Counted from the first letter of the stretch, positions 50,226 to 62,332 are shown. The stretch: DNA of 64,000 bases from Alphaproteobacteria bacterium (GCA_964291265.2 OZ219747.1:1728001-1792000); one strand, 5' to 3'. The notes: generated by a model not told the origin, from the sequence alone. Made by a program: numbers and translations.

Positions 50226-51995
50226 TCAGGAAGGCCTGGCGAGGCGGATCCCGAGTTCTCTCATCTGCCGTTCGGACACCTCTCCCGGGGCTCCCATCAT
50301 CAGGTCCTGGGCCTGCTGGTTCATCGGAAAGAGCGTGACTTCGCGGATGTTCGTTTCGCCTGCGAGCAGCATGACGATGCGGTCGATTCCGGGGGCAATG
50401 CCGCCGTGCGGGGGACATCCGTAGCGGAAGGCCTCGTGGAGGGCGCCGAACCGTGCCTCGACCTCGCTCGCCGGGTAGCCGGCGATCTCGAAGGCCTTGA
50501 TCATGGTAGCGGGCTCGTGATTGCGGATGGCGCCGCTGGAGAGTTCGACGCCGTTGCACACGATGTCGTACTGGTACGCCAGGATGTCGAGGGGATCCCT
50601 GGTCTCCAGAGCCTCGAGGCCGCCCTGGGGCATGGAAAAGGGATTGTGGCTGAAATCGATCCTCCTTGTCTCGGGATCGTACTCGTACATCGGGTAGTCG
50701 ACGATCCAGCAGAACCGGAAAACGTCCCGCTCGGCGAGAGAAAGTTCTTCGCAGACACGGGTGCGCACGAGACCGGCAATGCGTTCGGCCGCATCCCTTG
50801 CATCGCACGAAAAGAACACGGCATCGCCGTCACCGACCCCGGCGAGTGACCGGATTGCGTCGAGTTCACTGTCTTTCAGAAGACGTGCGACTGGTCCCTT
50901 GCCCGCTCCGCCCTGGAAAGCGATCCAGGCCAGGCCGCCTGCCCCGTTCTCCTGGGCAAAGGTGATCATGCGGTCGAAGAAGCTGCGCGGCGCGGCCGCG
51001 CCTCCCGGCACGGGAATGGCACGGACCACCGCGCCTTCGCCGATCTGTCGGCGAAAGATCCTGAAATCGGAATCGGCAAAGGGCGCCGTGGCATCGGCGT
51101 TGACCAGGGGGTTGCGCAGGTCCGGCTTGTCGGTGCCATACTTCAGCATGGCTTCGTCATGGGCGATGCGGGGGAACGGCGACTCCGTGACCGCGCATGA
51201 CGTGAACTCCCTGAACAGCCCGCCGATGACGGGTTCGATGGCCGCGAACACATCCTCCTGTGTCACGAAGGCCAATTCCACGTCGAGCTGGTAGAACTCC
51301 CCGGGCGAACGGTCAGCGCGCGCATCCTCGTCGCGGAAACAGGGCGCGATCTGGAAGTAGCGGTCGAAGCCGGAAGCCATGACAAGCTGCTTGAACTGCT
51401 GCGGCGCCTGGGGGAGGGCGTAGAACGAGCCGTGGTGCAGGCGGCTGGGGACCAGGAAGTCCCGCGCCCCTTCCGGACTCGATGCGGTCAGTATAGGGGT
51501 CTGGAACTCCAGGAATCGGCCCTGGATCATGCGCCGGCGTATGGAATCGATGATCCTCGAGCGCAATACGATATTCGCGTGCATCGACGGTCTGCGCAGG
51601 TCGAGAAACCTGTACCGCAGACGCATGTCCTCCGGATAGTCGACCTCGCCGAACACGGGCATCGGCAAGGGTTCGGCCTCTGACAACATGGTGAACACCC
51701 GGATGCGCACCTCGACCTCGCCGGTGTCGATCTCCGGGTTCACGGTGTCGGCGCCACGGGACACCAGTTCGCCCTCGATGGTGACCACGCTCTCCGGGCG
51801 GGTCCGCTCCACCACGGCAAACCCCGGGTCATCGGCCTCGATGACGCACTGGGTCGTGCCGTACTGATCACGCAGATCGACGAAGAGGAGATTGCCGTGA
51901 TCCCTCTTGCGGTGAACCCAGCCGGAAAGGCGTACGGTTGCTCCGACATGGTCGCGGCGAAGTTCGCCGCAGGTATGTGTGCGATAACGGTGCAT
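50226..51995 (-). CDS. aspS: Aspartate-tRNA ligase
   Basis: YRTHTCG, RDHG, PEGARDF, CFRDED, PPHGGIA. Confidence 0.98.
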   Translation of the reverse strand: MHRYRTHTCGELRRDHVGATVRLSGWVHRKRDHGNLLFVDLRDQYGTTQCVIEADDPGFAVVERTRPESVVTIEGELVSRGADTVNPEIDTGEVEVRIRVFTMLSEAEPLPMPVFGEVDYPEDMRLRYRFLDLRRPSMHANIVLRSRIIDSIRRRMIQGRFLEFQTPILTASSPEGARDFLVPSRLHHGSFYALPQAPQQFKQLVMASGFDRYFQIAPCFRDEDARADRSPGEFYQLDVELAFVTQEDVFAAIEPVIGGLFREFTSCAVTESPFPRIAHDEAMLKYGTDKPDLRNPLVNADATAPFADSDFRIFRRQIGEGAVVRAIPVPGGAAAPRSFFDRMITFAQENGAGGLAWIAFQGGAGKGPVARLLKDSELDAIRSLAGVGDGDAVFFSCDARDAAERIAGLVRTRVCEELSLAERDVFRFCWIVDYPMYEYDPETRRIDFSHNPFSMPQGGLEALETRDPLDILAYQYDIVCNGVELSSGAIRNHEPATMIKAFEIAGYPASEVEARFGALHEAFRYGCPPHGGIAPGIDRIVMLLAGETNIREVTLFPMNQQAQDLMMGAPGEVSERQMRELGIRLARPS

Positions 51996-52274
51996 GAACG
52001 ACATTCCGGGAAGCAGATGCGATGACTAGACAACGCAACACTCCCTGTTTGTCAAGCGGCGGGAGCGATCCTCGTTCCGTCTTGTCACGACGCTGCACGG
52101 GCACGAGACCATGGCTGCGGCGTCAGCGCGCCGGCGAACCGGGCCCGTTGGAGGAGCGCCCGGTGGTGAACGGCCGAGTGGCGTCCGAAGGATGACAAGT
52201 CCCCGTCTTGCCGATGACGGCAACCGCGTTCCTCCCTGTGGACTTCCAGGGAAGGCGCCGTTAGAGAGTCCGTC

Positions 52275-53441
52275 ATGCGGGTTCTTGCCGACACGGAGAG
52301 TATCAGCGGCTTCTGCAGTCGTGTGCGGGGCGATGCCTGGATCACCGTCGATACGGAGTTCATTCCGGAGCGCACGTACTGGCCGCAGTTGTGCCTCGTC
52401 CAGATTGCCGGCTCCGGGGAGGCCGCGGTCATCGATGCCCTGGCGGACGGAGCCGATCTGACGCCCGTCTTCGATCTCATGACCGACAGGAATGTGCTCA
52501 AGGTGTTCCATGCGGGCCGCCAGGACCTGGAGCTTCTCTTCCATCTTGGCGGCTCTCTGCCGGCACCGGTCTTCGATACCCAGGTGGCGGCCATGGCCTG
52601 CGGTCATGGCGAGCAGGTCGGTTACGCCCGGATTGTCGAGGCGGTCACCGGCAGGTCCATCGGCAAGGGAGCGCAGATCACGGACTGGTCGAAACGGCCG
52701 CTCTCCCGGAAGCAGATCGCCTATGCCCTCGACGATGTGATCTGCCTTCGCCGGGTCTATGAACACCTCTCTTCCGTGCTGGCCAGCAAGGGCCGCGAGG
52801 CATGGGTTGGTGAGAGAATGGCATGGCTCAATGACCCGCAGACCTACCGGAATGACGTGTCCCAAGCCTGGATGCGCATCAGGAAGAAGCCCCGGCGGCC
52901 GCGCGAACTCGCGGTCTTGCGCGAAATCGCGGCATGGCGCGAGCGGCTGGCGCAGGAAACGAACCGTCCCCGCCGACGCATCATGACCGATGACGCCCTC
53001 GTGGCCATCGCCACCTCCCGGCCGCAGACCCAGGAAGCGCTCAAGGAGATCCGGCTGGTTCCGCACGGCATGGCGAGAGGCTCCCGGGGACACCAGGTCG
53101 TCCAGGCGGTCAATCGCGCCATGACGCTTGGCACGGACGCCCTGCCGCGGCTTGATGAAAGTCAGCCCGCGCGTGTGCCGCTCGTCCTTGCCGATCTCAT
53201 CCGCACCCTGATCAACGCCCGTTGCGAGGAACTCGGCGTGGCACAGGCGCTGATCGCCAGTTCAGACGAGATCCGCCGGTTCGCCGCCACGCCTCCGGGC
53301 GACAGCCCGCTGGCAAGTGGCTGGCGCTACGACCTGCTTGGACGGGACATCGAACGTCTGCGCGACGGAACGCTGGCGCTGTCCCTGGAAGGGGGAACGC
53401 TGAAACTGGTTCCGCTTCCAGGTCAGTCGCTTGCCGGATAG
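52275..53441 (+). CDS. rnd: Ribonuclease D
   Basis: VDTEF, FDTQVAA, DWSKRPL, YALDDV, HRDC region. Confidence 0.95.
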   Translation: MRVLADTESISGFCSRVRGDAWITVDTEFIPERTYWPQLCLVQIAGSGEAAVIDALADGADLTPVFDLMTDRNVLKVFHAGRQDLELLFHLGGSLPAPVFDTQVAAMACGHGEQVGYARIVEAVTGRSIGKGAQITDWSKRPLSRKQIAYALDDVICLRRVYEHLSSVLASKGREAWVGERMAWLNDPQTYRNDVSQAWMRIRKKPRRPRELAVLREIAAWRERLAQETNRPRRRIMTDDALVAIATSRPQTQEALKEIRLVPHGMARGSRGHQVVQAVNRAMTLGTDALPRLDESQPARVPLVLADLIRTLINARCEELGVAQALIASSDEIRRFAATPPGDSPLASGWRYDLLGRDIERLRDGTLALSLEGGTLKLVPLPGQSLAG

Positions 53442-55324
53442 CCGATGGTCGCCAGGACGTCCCTGATTTCGTCCAGCGTGGCGGGATCCTCGATGGTGGC
53501 CGGCATGGGCACGGTGTCACCGTCGGCGATCTGTCGCATGGAACGGCGCAGGATCTTGCCCGACCGGGTCTTGGGAAGTCGGGGAACGATCACCGCCTTG
53601 CGAAAGTTCGCCACGGCCCCGATATCGTTGCGCACCCGGCGTACGGCATCTTCCACGATTTCGGAATGGGTGGTGGTCGAGGTCGCTTTCAGCACCAGAA
53701 GTCCGACGGGGACCTGGCCGCGCAATGCGTCGGCCACGCCGATCACGGCGCATTCGGCGACATCGGGCAAGGCTGCCAGGATTTCTTCCATGGCGCCTGT
53801 CGACAGGCGGTGCCCGGCAACGTTCATGACATCGTCGGTGCGGCCCATGATGTAGAGATAGCCGTCGCTGTCGTACATGCCGGCATCACCGGTCGAATAG
53901 TACCCGGGGTACTCGTCGAGATAGCTCGAGACATAGCCCTCATCGTTGTTCCACAGGGTCGGCAGCGAACTCGGCGGCAGGGGGAGACGCACGCAGACGG
54001 CGCCCGTGGTGCCGGATGGCAGGCGATGTCCGCGGGCATCGAGCACGTCAATGGCGTATCCGGGTGTCGGCCGGCCCGGCGAGCCGTGCCGTACCGGGAG
54101 ATCGTCGATACCACGGCAATAGGCAGCCATCGCCCAACCCGTCTCGGTTTGCCACCAGTGGTCGACCACCGGCCGTGCCAGTGCCTCTTCTGCCCATGCG
54201 ATGGTGTCCGGATCGGCGCGTTCTCCGGCAAGGAAGAGGGTGCGAAAAGCGGAGAGATCCGCCGCCGCGAGGAAGTTGCCTTCCGGATCGTCTCGACAGA
54301 TGGCGCGGATCGCGGTCGGCGCCGTGAAGAGGGCCGCCACGCCATGACGCTCGATGACGCGCCAGAACACCCCGGCGTCGGGTGTGCCGACCGGCTTGCC
54401 CTCGAAGAGGATTGTCGGATTTCCGTGGAGGAGCGGTGCATAGACGATGTAGCTGTGACCGACGACCCAGCCGATATCGCTCGCCGCCCACCAGCACTCG
54501 CCGGGTGACATGTCATAGATCGCCTTCATGGTCCACATGAGTGCCACCGCGTGCCCGCCGTTGTCCCGCACGACGCCCTTCGGCTTGCCAGTGGTTCCGG
54601 AAGTATAGAGGATGTAGAGCGGGTCGGTGGCAGCCACAGGAACCCAGTCAACGGGTGTCGCCCGTGCCACTTCCTCGTACCAGTCATGGTCACGTCCTGT
54701 CTTCAGCTGGGCGGATTGCTGTTCCCGAGCCAGGACGATCATCGTTCCGGGTACGTGTGATGCGAGGGTGAATGCCTCCTCGAGTATGGGGAGATAGGGG
54801 ATGATGCGGCCCGGTTCCACGCCGCAGGTGGCGGTGAGAACCACTTTCGGCGTCGCGTCATCGAGGCGCTTGGCGACCTCCGCCGCGGCGAACCCGCCGA
54901 ACACCACCGAGTGGACGGCACCGATTCGGGCACAGGCCAGCATCGCTATGACAGCCTCGGGCACGGCAGGCATGTAGATCACGACACGGTCTCCACGGGT
55001 GACCGAGTGGTTGCTCAGGACACCGGCGAATGCAGCCACGTCGCGCTTGAGCTCGCTGTAGGTCAGCGTTCGCCTGGCGCCGGTGATCGGACTCTCCCAG
55101 ATCAGTGCGAGTTGATCGCCGCGTCCGTTGTCCACGTGACGATCGATGGCATTCCAGCACGTGTTGGTCTCACCCCCGGAGAACCAGCGATAGAAGGGCG
55201 CCCGGGTGTCGTCGAGCACCCGATCCCAGGGCCTAGTCCAGCAGATGTGACTGGCCAATTCCTCCCAGTAGCCGTCTGGATCTGCCAGCGATCGATGGTA
55301 GATGCCCTGATATGCCTGAGACAT
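53423..55324 (-). CDS. prpE: Propionyl-CoA synthetase-like acyl-CoA ligase
   Basis: YTSGTTGKPKGVVRDNGGH, DHWWQTETG, PKTRSGKILR. Confidence 0.88.
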   Translation of the reverse strand: MSQAYQGIYHRSLADPDGYWEELASHICWTRPWDRVLDDTRAPFYRWFSGGETNTCWNAIDRHVDNGRGDQLALIWESPITGARRTLTYSELKRDVAAFAGVLSNHSVTRGDRVVIYMPAVPEAVIAMLACARIGAVHSVVFGGFAAAEVAKRLDDATPKVVLTATCGVEPGRIIPYLPILEEAFTLASHVPGTMIVLAREQQSAQLKTGRDHDWYEEVARATPVDWVPVAATDPLYILYTSGTTGKPKGVVRDNGGHAVALMWTMKAIYDMSPGECWWAASDIGWVVGHSYIVYAPLLHGNPTILFEGKPVGTPDAGVFWRVIERHGVAALFTAPTAIRAICRDDPEGNFLAAADLSAFRTLFLAGERADPDTIAWAEEALARPVVDHWWQTETGWAMAAYCRGIDDLPVRHGSPGRPTPGYAIDVLDARGHRLPSGTTGAVCVRLPLPPSSLPTLWNNDEGYVSSYLDEYPGYYSTGDAGMYDSDGYLYIMGRTDDVMNVAGHRLSTGAMEEILAALPDVAECAVIGVADALRGQVPVGLLVLKATSTTTHSEIVEDAVRRVRNDIGAVANFRKAVIVPRLPKTRSGKILRRSMRQIADGDTVPMPATIEDPATLDEIRDVLATIGYPASD

Positions 55325-55445
55325 GGCTCCAGCCCCCGGTTCAACGGAACACATGGTAGGGTCCTTCGGTGCGCCCTGAAAGACACGGTCGGTGCCCGGT
55401 GTTCGGTCGATTGACGGGGCAGGCCCATCGGTGCGAGGAAGAATC

Positions 55446-56930
55446 ATGTCGACGAACCCGTCTCCCGACCTCGCGGAAGCGATCGACCGGCTCGCCGGCG
55501 CCCGCGTCATGGTGATCGGCGACGTCATGCTCGATCGTTTCATCTACGGTGACGTGGAGCGGATCTCTCCCGAAGCGCCTGTTCCCGTGCTGCGCGTCGA
55601 GACCGAGGCCGCCATGCCGGGAGGGGCCGGCAATGTCCTGCGCAACCTGGTCGCCATTGACGCGCGGGTGTGCTTCGTGGCCGTCGTGGGAGACGATCAG
55701 GTCGGCCGCGACCTGATTTCCATGATCGCCCGGGAAGAGGGCGTGGAGCCCTATGTGCTGGTGGAGCGCAACCGGGTTTCCACCCGCAAGGACCGGTTCG
55801 TCGACGGCGGACACCAGCTGTTGCGCGCCGATCATGAGACGGATCGCGCCATCTTGCCGGAGACGGCATCGAGGATCGTCGACATTGCCGCTCACGCCAT
55901 CCCGGGTGTCGATGTCCTCGTCCTGTCGGACTATGCCAAGGGCGTGATGACGGCGGAGGTCACCGGTGCCGTCATGGCCGCGGCGCGTCAGGCGGGCATC
56001 CCTGTCATCGTCGATCCCAAGAGCCATGCATTTCGGCGTTACCGCGGAGCCAGCGTTCTCACGCCCAACCGCCAGGAACTGGCCATGGCGGCCCGTATGG
56101 AGGTGAACGGGGATGAGGCCATTGTCACGGCGGCTCGTACGGTCATGGAAGAAACGGACGCCGGGTGCATCCTTGTCACGCGGAGCGCCGCCGGCATGTC
56201 CCTCGTCGAACGCAACGGCGCAGTTCTCCACCTGCCGGCGGAAGTGCGTGAGGTCTATGACGTTTCCGGGGCCGGAGACACCGTGGTCGCGGTGTTTGCT
56301 GCTGCCCTGGGGCAAGGGCTCGCGCCGGAGGTCGCGGCCCGCCTGGCCAATCTTGCCGGTGGTGTGGCGGTGAGCAAGAGCGGCACTGCGGTGGTCGGCA
56401 CCGACGACCTGCGGCATGTCCTGCACGGCCAGGCCTTCGAGAGCAACGAGGCGAAGATCGTGTCCATCGAGACGGCCCTGCACATGGTCGCCTCGTGGCG
56501 CGAATCCGCAGAGCGGATCGGCTTTACCAACGGCTGCTTCGATCTGCTCCATCCCGGCCATGTCTCGCTCCTGCGCCAGGCCCGCCGCCAGTGCGACCGG
56601 CTGGTGGTGGCGCTCAACAGCGATACCTCGGTTCAGGACCTCAAGGGTCCTCGCCGTCCCGTGCAGTCCGAGATTTCCAGGGCCCAGATCCTCGCCTCGA
56701 TGGCGGACGTGGACCTGGTGGTCGTCTTCAGCGAGGCCACGCCGCTGGCCCTGATCGAGCGCCTGCGACCGGAGGTCCTGGTGAAGGGGGCAGACTACCG
56801 GCTCGACGAGGTCGTCGGCGCCGATTTCGTGACCTCCTATGGCGGCCGGGTCCACCTTGCCGATCTTGTCGACGGGTTCAGCACGACCGCGACGGTGACG
56901 AGGATGTCGCCCGACTCCGACGGGGGATGA
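55446..56930 (+). CDS. hldE: Bifunctional heptose kinase/adenylyltransferase
   Basis: RISPEAPVPV, DVSGAGDT, FTNGCFDLLHPGH. Confidence 0.95.
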   Translation: MSTNPSPDLAEAIDRLAGARVMVIGDVMLDRFIYGDVERISPEAPVPVLRVETEAAMPGGAGNVLRNLVAIDARVCFVAVVGDDQVGRDLISMIAREEGVEPYVLVERNRVSTRKDRFVDGGHQLLRADHETDRAILPETASRIVDIAAHAIPGVDVLVLSDYAKGVMTAEVTGAVMAAARQAGIPVIVDPKSHAFRRYRGASVLTPNRQELAMAARMEVNGDEAIVTAARTVMEETDAGCILVTRSAAGMSLVERNGAVLHLPAEVREVYDVSGAGDTVVAVFAAALGQGLAPEVAARLANLAGGVAVSKSGTAVVGTDDLRHVLHGQAFESNEAKIVSIETALHMVASWRESAERIGFTNGCFDLLHPGHVSLLRQARRQCDRLVVALNSDTSVQDLKGPRRPVQSEISRAQILASMADVDLVVVFSEATPLALIERLRPEVLVKGADYRLDEVVGADFVTSYGGRVHLADLVDGFSTTATVTRMSPDSDGG

Positions 56931-56975
56931 CCGTCCCCGGCCGTCCCACGCCGAGGCTCGTTGTGTCCGGCAGGG

Positions 56976-57155
56976 TCAGGCAGGACTGCTCACGTTCGAC
57001 ATTCGTTCAATCTGCTCCTTGATCTGGAGTTTTCGGCGCTTGAGATCCGTGAGATGGGCCTGATCCGGTAGCGGGCGATGGGATTCATCATGGATTTCCT
57101 GCTCGAGTTCTGCATGCCGCGCTTCCAGGACAGCCAGATCATCGGGATGTGTCAT
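56976..57155 (-). CDS. DUF465/YdcH-family small protein
   Basis: RHAELE...RPLPD...LKRRKLQIKE; GAGG RBS. Confidence 0.85.
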   Translation of the reverse strand: MTHPDDLAVLEARHAELEQEIHDESHRPLPDQAHLTDLKRRKLQIKEQIERMSNVSSPA

Positions 57156-57365
57156 CGATTCCTCCACCAGGATACTTGTTGTCGGCTGCATGCCGAACAG
57201 GGCCGCAAGGCGAAAGACCTGTCCGGTCATGACCTGACGGGCAGTATAGGAAGGAAGGGGCGTGGTGGCCAATCAGGAACGCCTGCCTCCCGTGGGCAAC
57301 CGGCCATCCTGACCTGTCTCTGATACTCTCCCCTGCAGGCGAGATCCCGATGGAAGAGAGACCCC

Positions 57366-57752
57366 ATGCGCCACATCCTTGTTGCCGTTGTCACGATGAT
57401 CCTGTTGTTGTCGCCGCCATTGACCGCTGGCGATGGCAGCGCATTCGCCCCGCACGGTCTGAACCCTCTCCATGCCGAAGCCGAGTATCCCATCCCGGGG
57501 GGGGGACATCCCTTGCTGTTCTGCGGCGACAAGTTCATCTCGCTTCTCGTTGTGGGGTTCCTCAACTCGAATGTGCAGCACGTGATTCCTCTCGGGGAAC
57601 CAAGCATGAACGCCTTTCGCAAGAGCGATATCGAGCGAGTGCTCATGCCTTCGGGAATGAACACTCGTATCTTTGTCGCTACATTGGGGGAGAACTACTA
57701 TGGTGTCGAGACTTGGACAGACGCGCGCGCCATCCTCGAATGTCTGGATTGA
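57366..57752 (+). CDS. Hypothetical secreted protein
   Basis: Signal-peptide-like N-terminus; no recognised family. Confidence 0.55.
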   Translation: MRHILVAVVTMILLLSPPLTAGDGSAFAPHGLNPLHAEAEYPIPGGGHPLLFCGDKFISLLVVGFLNSNVQHVIPLGEPSMNAFRKSDIERVLMPSGMNTRIFVATLGENYYGVETWTDARAILECLD

Positions 57753-57784
57753 GAGCTCCATCCCGCCTTGCCTCGGGGGTGTCG

Positions 57785-57956
57785 TTGAACGCACCGAAGG
57801 TATGCCCCGTGCGGCCATGTGTTCCAGGGCAAGGGGTGGGAAGGCATCGATGCGCACTGGAAATGCAAGCACGGTGACATCATGTCCTATGAGGATGCGT
57901 GGCCATTGATCAGGGACAACAGGGACCTCAGCAGCCTGTCGGATTGGGCATCATGA
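57785..57956 (+). pseudogene. Frameshifted zinc-finger-like microprotein
   Basis: KVCPV then GHVFQGKGWEGIDAHWKCKHGDIMSYEDA in another frame; homologous to 32237-32479. Confidence 0.65.
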
Positions 57957-58257
57957 CCACGACATCGGAGGAACCACGTGCCCGGGTGCCCCTGAGACAC
58001 AAGCCAGCTTGTCGGGCACATCGCCGATGTAGCGACTCGCGGGACCGAGAAGTGACCGCCGCGCCCGAAGGCTTACGGTACAGCGCAAAGGCGGTTGAGG
58101 TGTGGTGTTGCGCGGGTGCAGACCCTTGCGTCCAGGCAAAACCGGGATCTTGCCGGGAAGGCTGCCGCTACGCGGTGGAGGGCGTGATGAGTCTCGCGCT
58201 TCTGGATCGGGAAGGGTTGATGGTTCATGCTACGCGGGGAAGGAGAGATCGCTGATC

Positions 58258-58755
58258 ATGCCGGAAGGGATGGCCAATACGCCGTGGTGGGTTGTCCTTG
58301 GGATCGTCGTTGCGGTGGTCACAGCACTCATCCGGGGCGCTCTTTGGGCCGGTAGCGTCAACACCAGGCTGGACTCGCTCAGCAAGACCGTCAGCGATGG
58401 CTTTGCTGAGGTCCGCGCGGACCTCAAGAAGATACTGGAGCGCCAGTCCCCGCCGCCTGCTGTGGAGGAGCGCAGCCCGATCCAGTTCACAGGCTTCGGG
58501 CGCGAGCTCTCGGCAACCGGTTCTGCGGGCGCGTGGGCACTGACGAATGCGTCCAACCTTGAAGCAGAAGCCGCCGGCAAGTAAGAGTTCGAGGTCTTCG
58601 AGTTGTGCGTCTCGTATGTCGGAAAGCAGTACGAGACTGATTCTGACTTTCAGCGCACCGTGAAAGCCGCGGCATATCAGCACGGGATCGAGCCCGATCA
58701 GGTCTTGAAGGAGTATCAGGTCGGATTGCGGGACCGCTTGCTGCCAGCCAACTAG
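58258..58755 (+). pseudogene. Membrane-anchored hypothetical protein with an internal stop
   Basis: Frame continues 56 sense codons past TAA 58582-58584 to TAG 58753-58755. Confidence 0.6.
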
Positions 58756-58826
58756 CCCACCCGCTTGGTCACTTGGATTGATCTTGACCGTTATGCTGGG
58801 GCATCGTTCTGCCCTGTGTTCCCCTC

Positions 58827-59190
58827 ATGAACACGCTCAGACGGCAGGAAGCGTACGCTGATCATCCGGCTTCTGGTCGAGGGTCACAGCATCCGCTCGA
58901 CTTCACGGATCGCGGACGTGGCGAAGAACGCCGTGATCGAGTTTGCTCATCAATGCTGGCAATGTCTGCGAGACACACCAGGCGGATGTGCTCCGCGATC
59001 TGCCGTGCGAGCTCATCCAGGTCGATGAGATTCGGGCGTTCATCCATGCGGTCTTCGCGTGACCTCCGCGGTGGGAGCTGGCGTGACGAACAAGCCTCCG
59101 GGACGTGGAGGATATCGTGGCGCTCGTCGAGGAAGCGGGCCCGTAACCCGGTCCACGCGGCCCCTGCAAGAGGAAGATGTCAGGATGGTC
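58827..59190 (+). pseudogene. IS1-like transposase remnant, internally deleted
   Basis: IIRLLVEGHSIRSTSRIADV N-terminal HTH, IQVDEI, DIVALVEE C-terminus in different frames. Confidence 0.62.
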
Positions 59191-59275
59191 CGTCATCTTC
59201 CTGTGCTCCGGCTGTTTCGCCGAATCGACAGGGTGTAGGATCGGGCGGAGCTGCCTGCGGAGGAGGTGACGGGTC

Positions 59276-59764
59276 ATGGTCGAAGTGGGCGTCATCATGG
59301 GAAGCCAGTCGGACTGGGATACCATGCGCCATGCCGCCGAAACACTGGGAGAGATCGGCATCCCGCATGAGGTCAGGATCGTTTCGGCCCATCGTACGCC
59401 CGACCGGCTCTTTGCCTATGCCGAGGCCGCCCGGGGCCGCGGCCTGAAGGTCATCATCGCCGGTGCCGGCGGCGCGGCGCACCTGCCGGGCATGGCGGCA
59501 GCCAAGACCTCGCTTCCGGTGCTCGGGGTTCCTGTCCGGAGCCGGGCGCTCAATGGCATCGACAGCCTGCTCTCCATCGTGCAGATGCCGGCCGGAGTGC
59601 CGGTCGGCACGCTTGCCATCGGCAGGTCGGGCGCCATCAATGCCGCTCTCCTGGCCGCCGCCATCGTCGGCCTCGTCAATCCGCACGTGGCCCGGGCCCT
59701 CGAGGACTGGCGGAGCGAGCAGACCGGATCCGTGGCCGAACATCCCGACGTCGATGGACGATGA
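59276..59764 (+). CDS. purE: N5-CAIR mutase
   Basis: [30 protein letters not shown]. Confidence 0.97.
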   Translation: MVEVGVIMGSQSDWDTMRHAAETLGEIGIPHEVRIVSAHRTPDRLFAYAEAARGRGLKVIIAGAGGAAHLPGMAAAKTSLPVLGVPVRSRALNGIDSLLSIVQMPAGVPVGTLAIGRSGAINAALLAAAIVGLVNPHVARALEDWRSEQTGSVAEHPDVDGR

Positions 59765-60830
59765 CAGGCGCGTGGTGCCGCCGGGTGGCGTCATCGGCAT
59801 CGTCGGTGGCGGCCAGCTCGGTCGCATGGCGGCCCTTGCCGCTGCGGCGCTGGGCTACCGTTGCCATGTGTTCTGTCCCGCAGAGGAGAGCCCGGCCGTG
59901 GAGGTGGCCCACGCCGCGACCATCGGGGCATACGATGATGCCGACAGTATCGAGACCTTCGCCTCGTCGGTGGATGTCATCACTTTCGAATTCGAGAACC
60001 TGCCGGTGGCATCCTTCCGGCACATGGCCCGGCATGCACCGGTGCGTCCCCACTGGCGTTGTCTGGAGATGACCCAGCACCGGGTGAGGGAGAAGGAATT
60101 CCTGATCGATCAGGGGTGCGCCACCGCACCCTACGCCGCCCTTCCCGGACCCGGTGAGAGACTCGCGACAACCGGCAGCCCGGCGATCCTCAAGACGGCG
60201 CGCATGGGCTATGACGGCAAGGGTCAGGTTCGCGTCGCGCGCCAGCAGGACCTCGAGGATGCCTGGGTGGCCATGGGGCGCCGGGATGCCATCCTGGAAG
60301 GCGTCGTCGACTTCATCATGGAGGTCTCGTCCATCGTCGCCCGCGACAACCATGGCGCCATCCGGGCATTCGATGTCGTTGCGAACACCCATCGCGACGG
60401 CATTCTGGCGGAAACCCGGGCGCCCGCGCCGCTCCCCGGGGAGGTGGCCGATGCCGCTGTCGCCATGGCCGGTCGTCTGGCCGAGGCTCTCGACCTCGTC
60501 GGTCTCCTGGCGGTGGAGATGTTCGTCGCTCCCGGCCATCGCCTTCTGGTGAACGAACTGGCCGCCAGACCCCACAACTCGGGGCACTGGACCATCGATG
60601 CCTGCCGCACCAGCCAGTTCGAACAGTTCATCCGCGCCGTGGCCGGATTGCCCCTGGGCGATCCGACCCGCCACAGCGACGCCGTGATGACCAATCTTCT
60701 GGGTGACGACGCATCATCCTGGCACGACATTCTCTCCAGTGGCGATGCCAAGCTCCACCTCTACGGCAAGACCCAGGCGCTGCCGGGCCGCAAGATGGGC
60801 CACGTCACGCGGCTCTGTCCACTGGAGTGA
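59754..60830 (+). CDS. purK: N5-CAIR synthase
   Basis: [32 protein letters not shown]. Confidence 0.96.
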   Translation: MDDDRRVVPPGGVIGIVGGGQLGRMAALAAAALGYRCHVFCPAEESPAVEVAHAATIGAYDDADSIETFASSVDVITFEFENLPVASFRHMARHAPVRPHWRCLEMTQHRVREKEFLIDQGCATAPYAALPGPGERLATTGSPAILKTARMGYDGKGQVRVARQQDLEDAWVAMGRRDAILEGVVDFIMEVSSIVARDNHGAIRAFDVVANTHRDGILAETRAPAPLPGEVADAAVAMAGRLAEALDLVGLLAVEMFVAPGHRLLVNELAARPHNSGHWTIDACRTSQFEQFIRAVAGLPLGDPTRHSDAVMTNLLGDDASSWHDILSSGDAKLHLYGKTQALPGRKMGHVTRLCPLE

Positions 60831-61172
60831 GTCAGCGGTTGAGCGCCCTCCTGATGCTCGGCGGTCTGGATGCCTGTCTTCTGCCTCCTCGATTCACCCT
60901 GTTTCGTACCTGAGGAGGAGTAGGGGCCTCGAGCCACGGCTCGGCGGGGACTGTCGGCACTGCACGGCCGGCGGTCCGCGCTGGATCCTCGGGCTGACAC
61001 CGTGGGAACTGGACCAGGATCGATGGGCGAGCGCCCTCGCGCAGGCAATGTCATGACGCACCGCTCGACGTTGTGATCAGCCTCCGGATCGCGTGCGAGC
61101 CCTGTCGGGTGGAGGAAACCCGGTGCTGACGACACGTCGGCGGCGTGGCTGTTGAGGGCGATACCGACCCCG

Positions 61173-61817
61173 TCATCGGTTGGGTCGGCAGCCGGAAAAA
61201 GGCGACCGTGACATTGCGAATCGGACTATCGGCCCCGGTCGCAGCCGGGGTTTCAGCCTGCCGATGGACATGACATCGGCGATGCGGCGCTCGAGGAAGG
61301 CCCAGGTCCTTTCACGGCCGGGGCTGTCGTCGTTGAGCCAGCACAGCAGCGTGGCCGCATGGACGCCCGCCAGCAGCAGGCGCTTGGTGTAGTGATTGAA
61401 GTCGGTCGCCGTGTCACCGGCGGCATGCCAGATGGCGTCGGCCGTGCGCCAGAGCGCCCTGGCGCCGGAGGGGCCGGTCTTCACGGCCGTGGCCCTCAGC
61501 ACCGCCTCGCGATGTTCGCCATCGACCTCGAGGCGGACTCTCACCGCCGTGGCGATGCGGTCGCGCACCCTCATGTCGGCAAGGTTGATCCGGGAGAGCT
61601 CATCGAGCATGGCGCGGTCGCCCTCGGCGAGAAAGAAGGGCACCATCTCGTCGGCTCCTTCCGGAAACAGCCGCCGCGCCTCGCCCTCCGCCATGCCGGC
61701 ATCGGCGGCGCCGGCGTCGATCGATGCGCGGGTCCAGCCGTCGAAGGGCACGTGGGGGAGGGTGGCGGCGAGAAGGCGCCTGCGGAGTTCCTGCCTGGTG
61801 GCGGAAGCTGCCGTCAT
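61173..61817 (-). CDS. COQ9-family protein
   Basis: HVPFDGW, DAIWHAAGDTATDFNHYTKR, FLERRI. Confidence 0.9.
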   Translation of the reverse strand: MTAASATRQELRRRLLAATLPHVPFDGWTRASIDAGAADAGMAEGEARRLFPEGADEMVPFFLAEGDRAMLDELSRINLADMRVRDRIATAVRVRLEVDGEHREAVLRATAVKTGPSGARALWRTADAIWHAAGDTATDFNHYTKRLLLAGVHAATLLCWLNDDSPGRERTWAFLERRIADVMSIGRLKPRLRPGPIVRFAMSRSPFSGCRPNR

Positions 61818-62332
61818 GAGCCGTCCCCTTCGACGCGCCAGCGGCGCTCGGAACTGAAGATGAGGTGTCGCATGTCCGTCATCCTTTGCGGATAGAGGAT
61901 GCCGTCGAGATGGTCGAATTCGTGCTGGACCACCACCGCATGATGGCCGTCCACGGTCCTCGAGATCTCTGCACCCTCAGGCGTGGTGCCTGAATAGCTC
62001 ACCCTGGGCGCCCGCGGTACAAGCCCCTGCAACCCGGGAAGCGAGAGACATCCCTCCCAGCCTTCCACCCACTCGTCCGTGAGGATCTCGTGGCGGGGGT
62101 TGACGAGGGCCAGGACCGGTTTGTCCTCCGGGGCACCGGGAGGCATGAACACGACGATGCGCAAGGGGACATGAACCTGGGGAGCGGCGAGACCCACGCC
62201 GCCCGCATCGTGCATGGTCTCGATCATGTCCGCGACGAGCAGGCGCACCTCGGGCGCCGTCGGGTCCGCCACCTCCTCGGCGCGCCTGGCCAGCGCCGGA
62301 TGTCCCATGCGCGCGATCTTCAGCAAGGCCAC
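61814..62332 (-). CDS. def: Peptide deformylase
   Basis: GVGLAAPQ, EGCLS, QHEFDHLDG. Confidence 0.96.
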   Translation of the reverse strand: MALLKIARMGHPALARRAEEVADPTAPEVRLLVADMIETMHDAGGVGLAAPQVHVPLRIVVFMPPGAPEDKPVLALVNPRHEILTDEWVEGWEGCLSLPGLQGLVPRAPRVSYSGTTPEGAEISRTVDGHHAVVVQHEFDHLDGILYPQRMTDMRHLIFSSERRWRVEGDGS

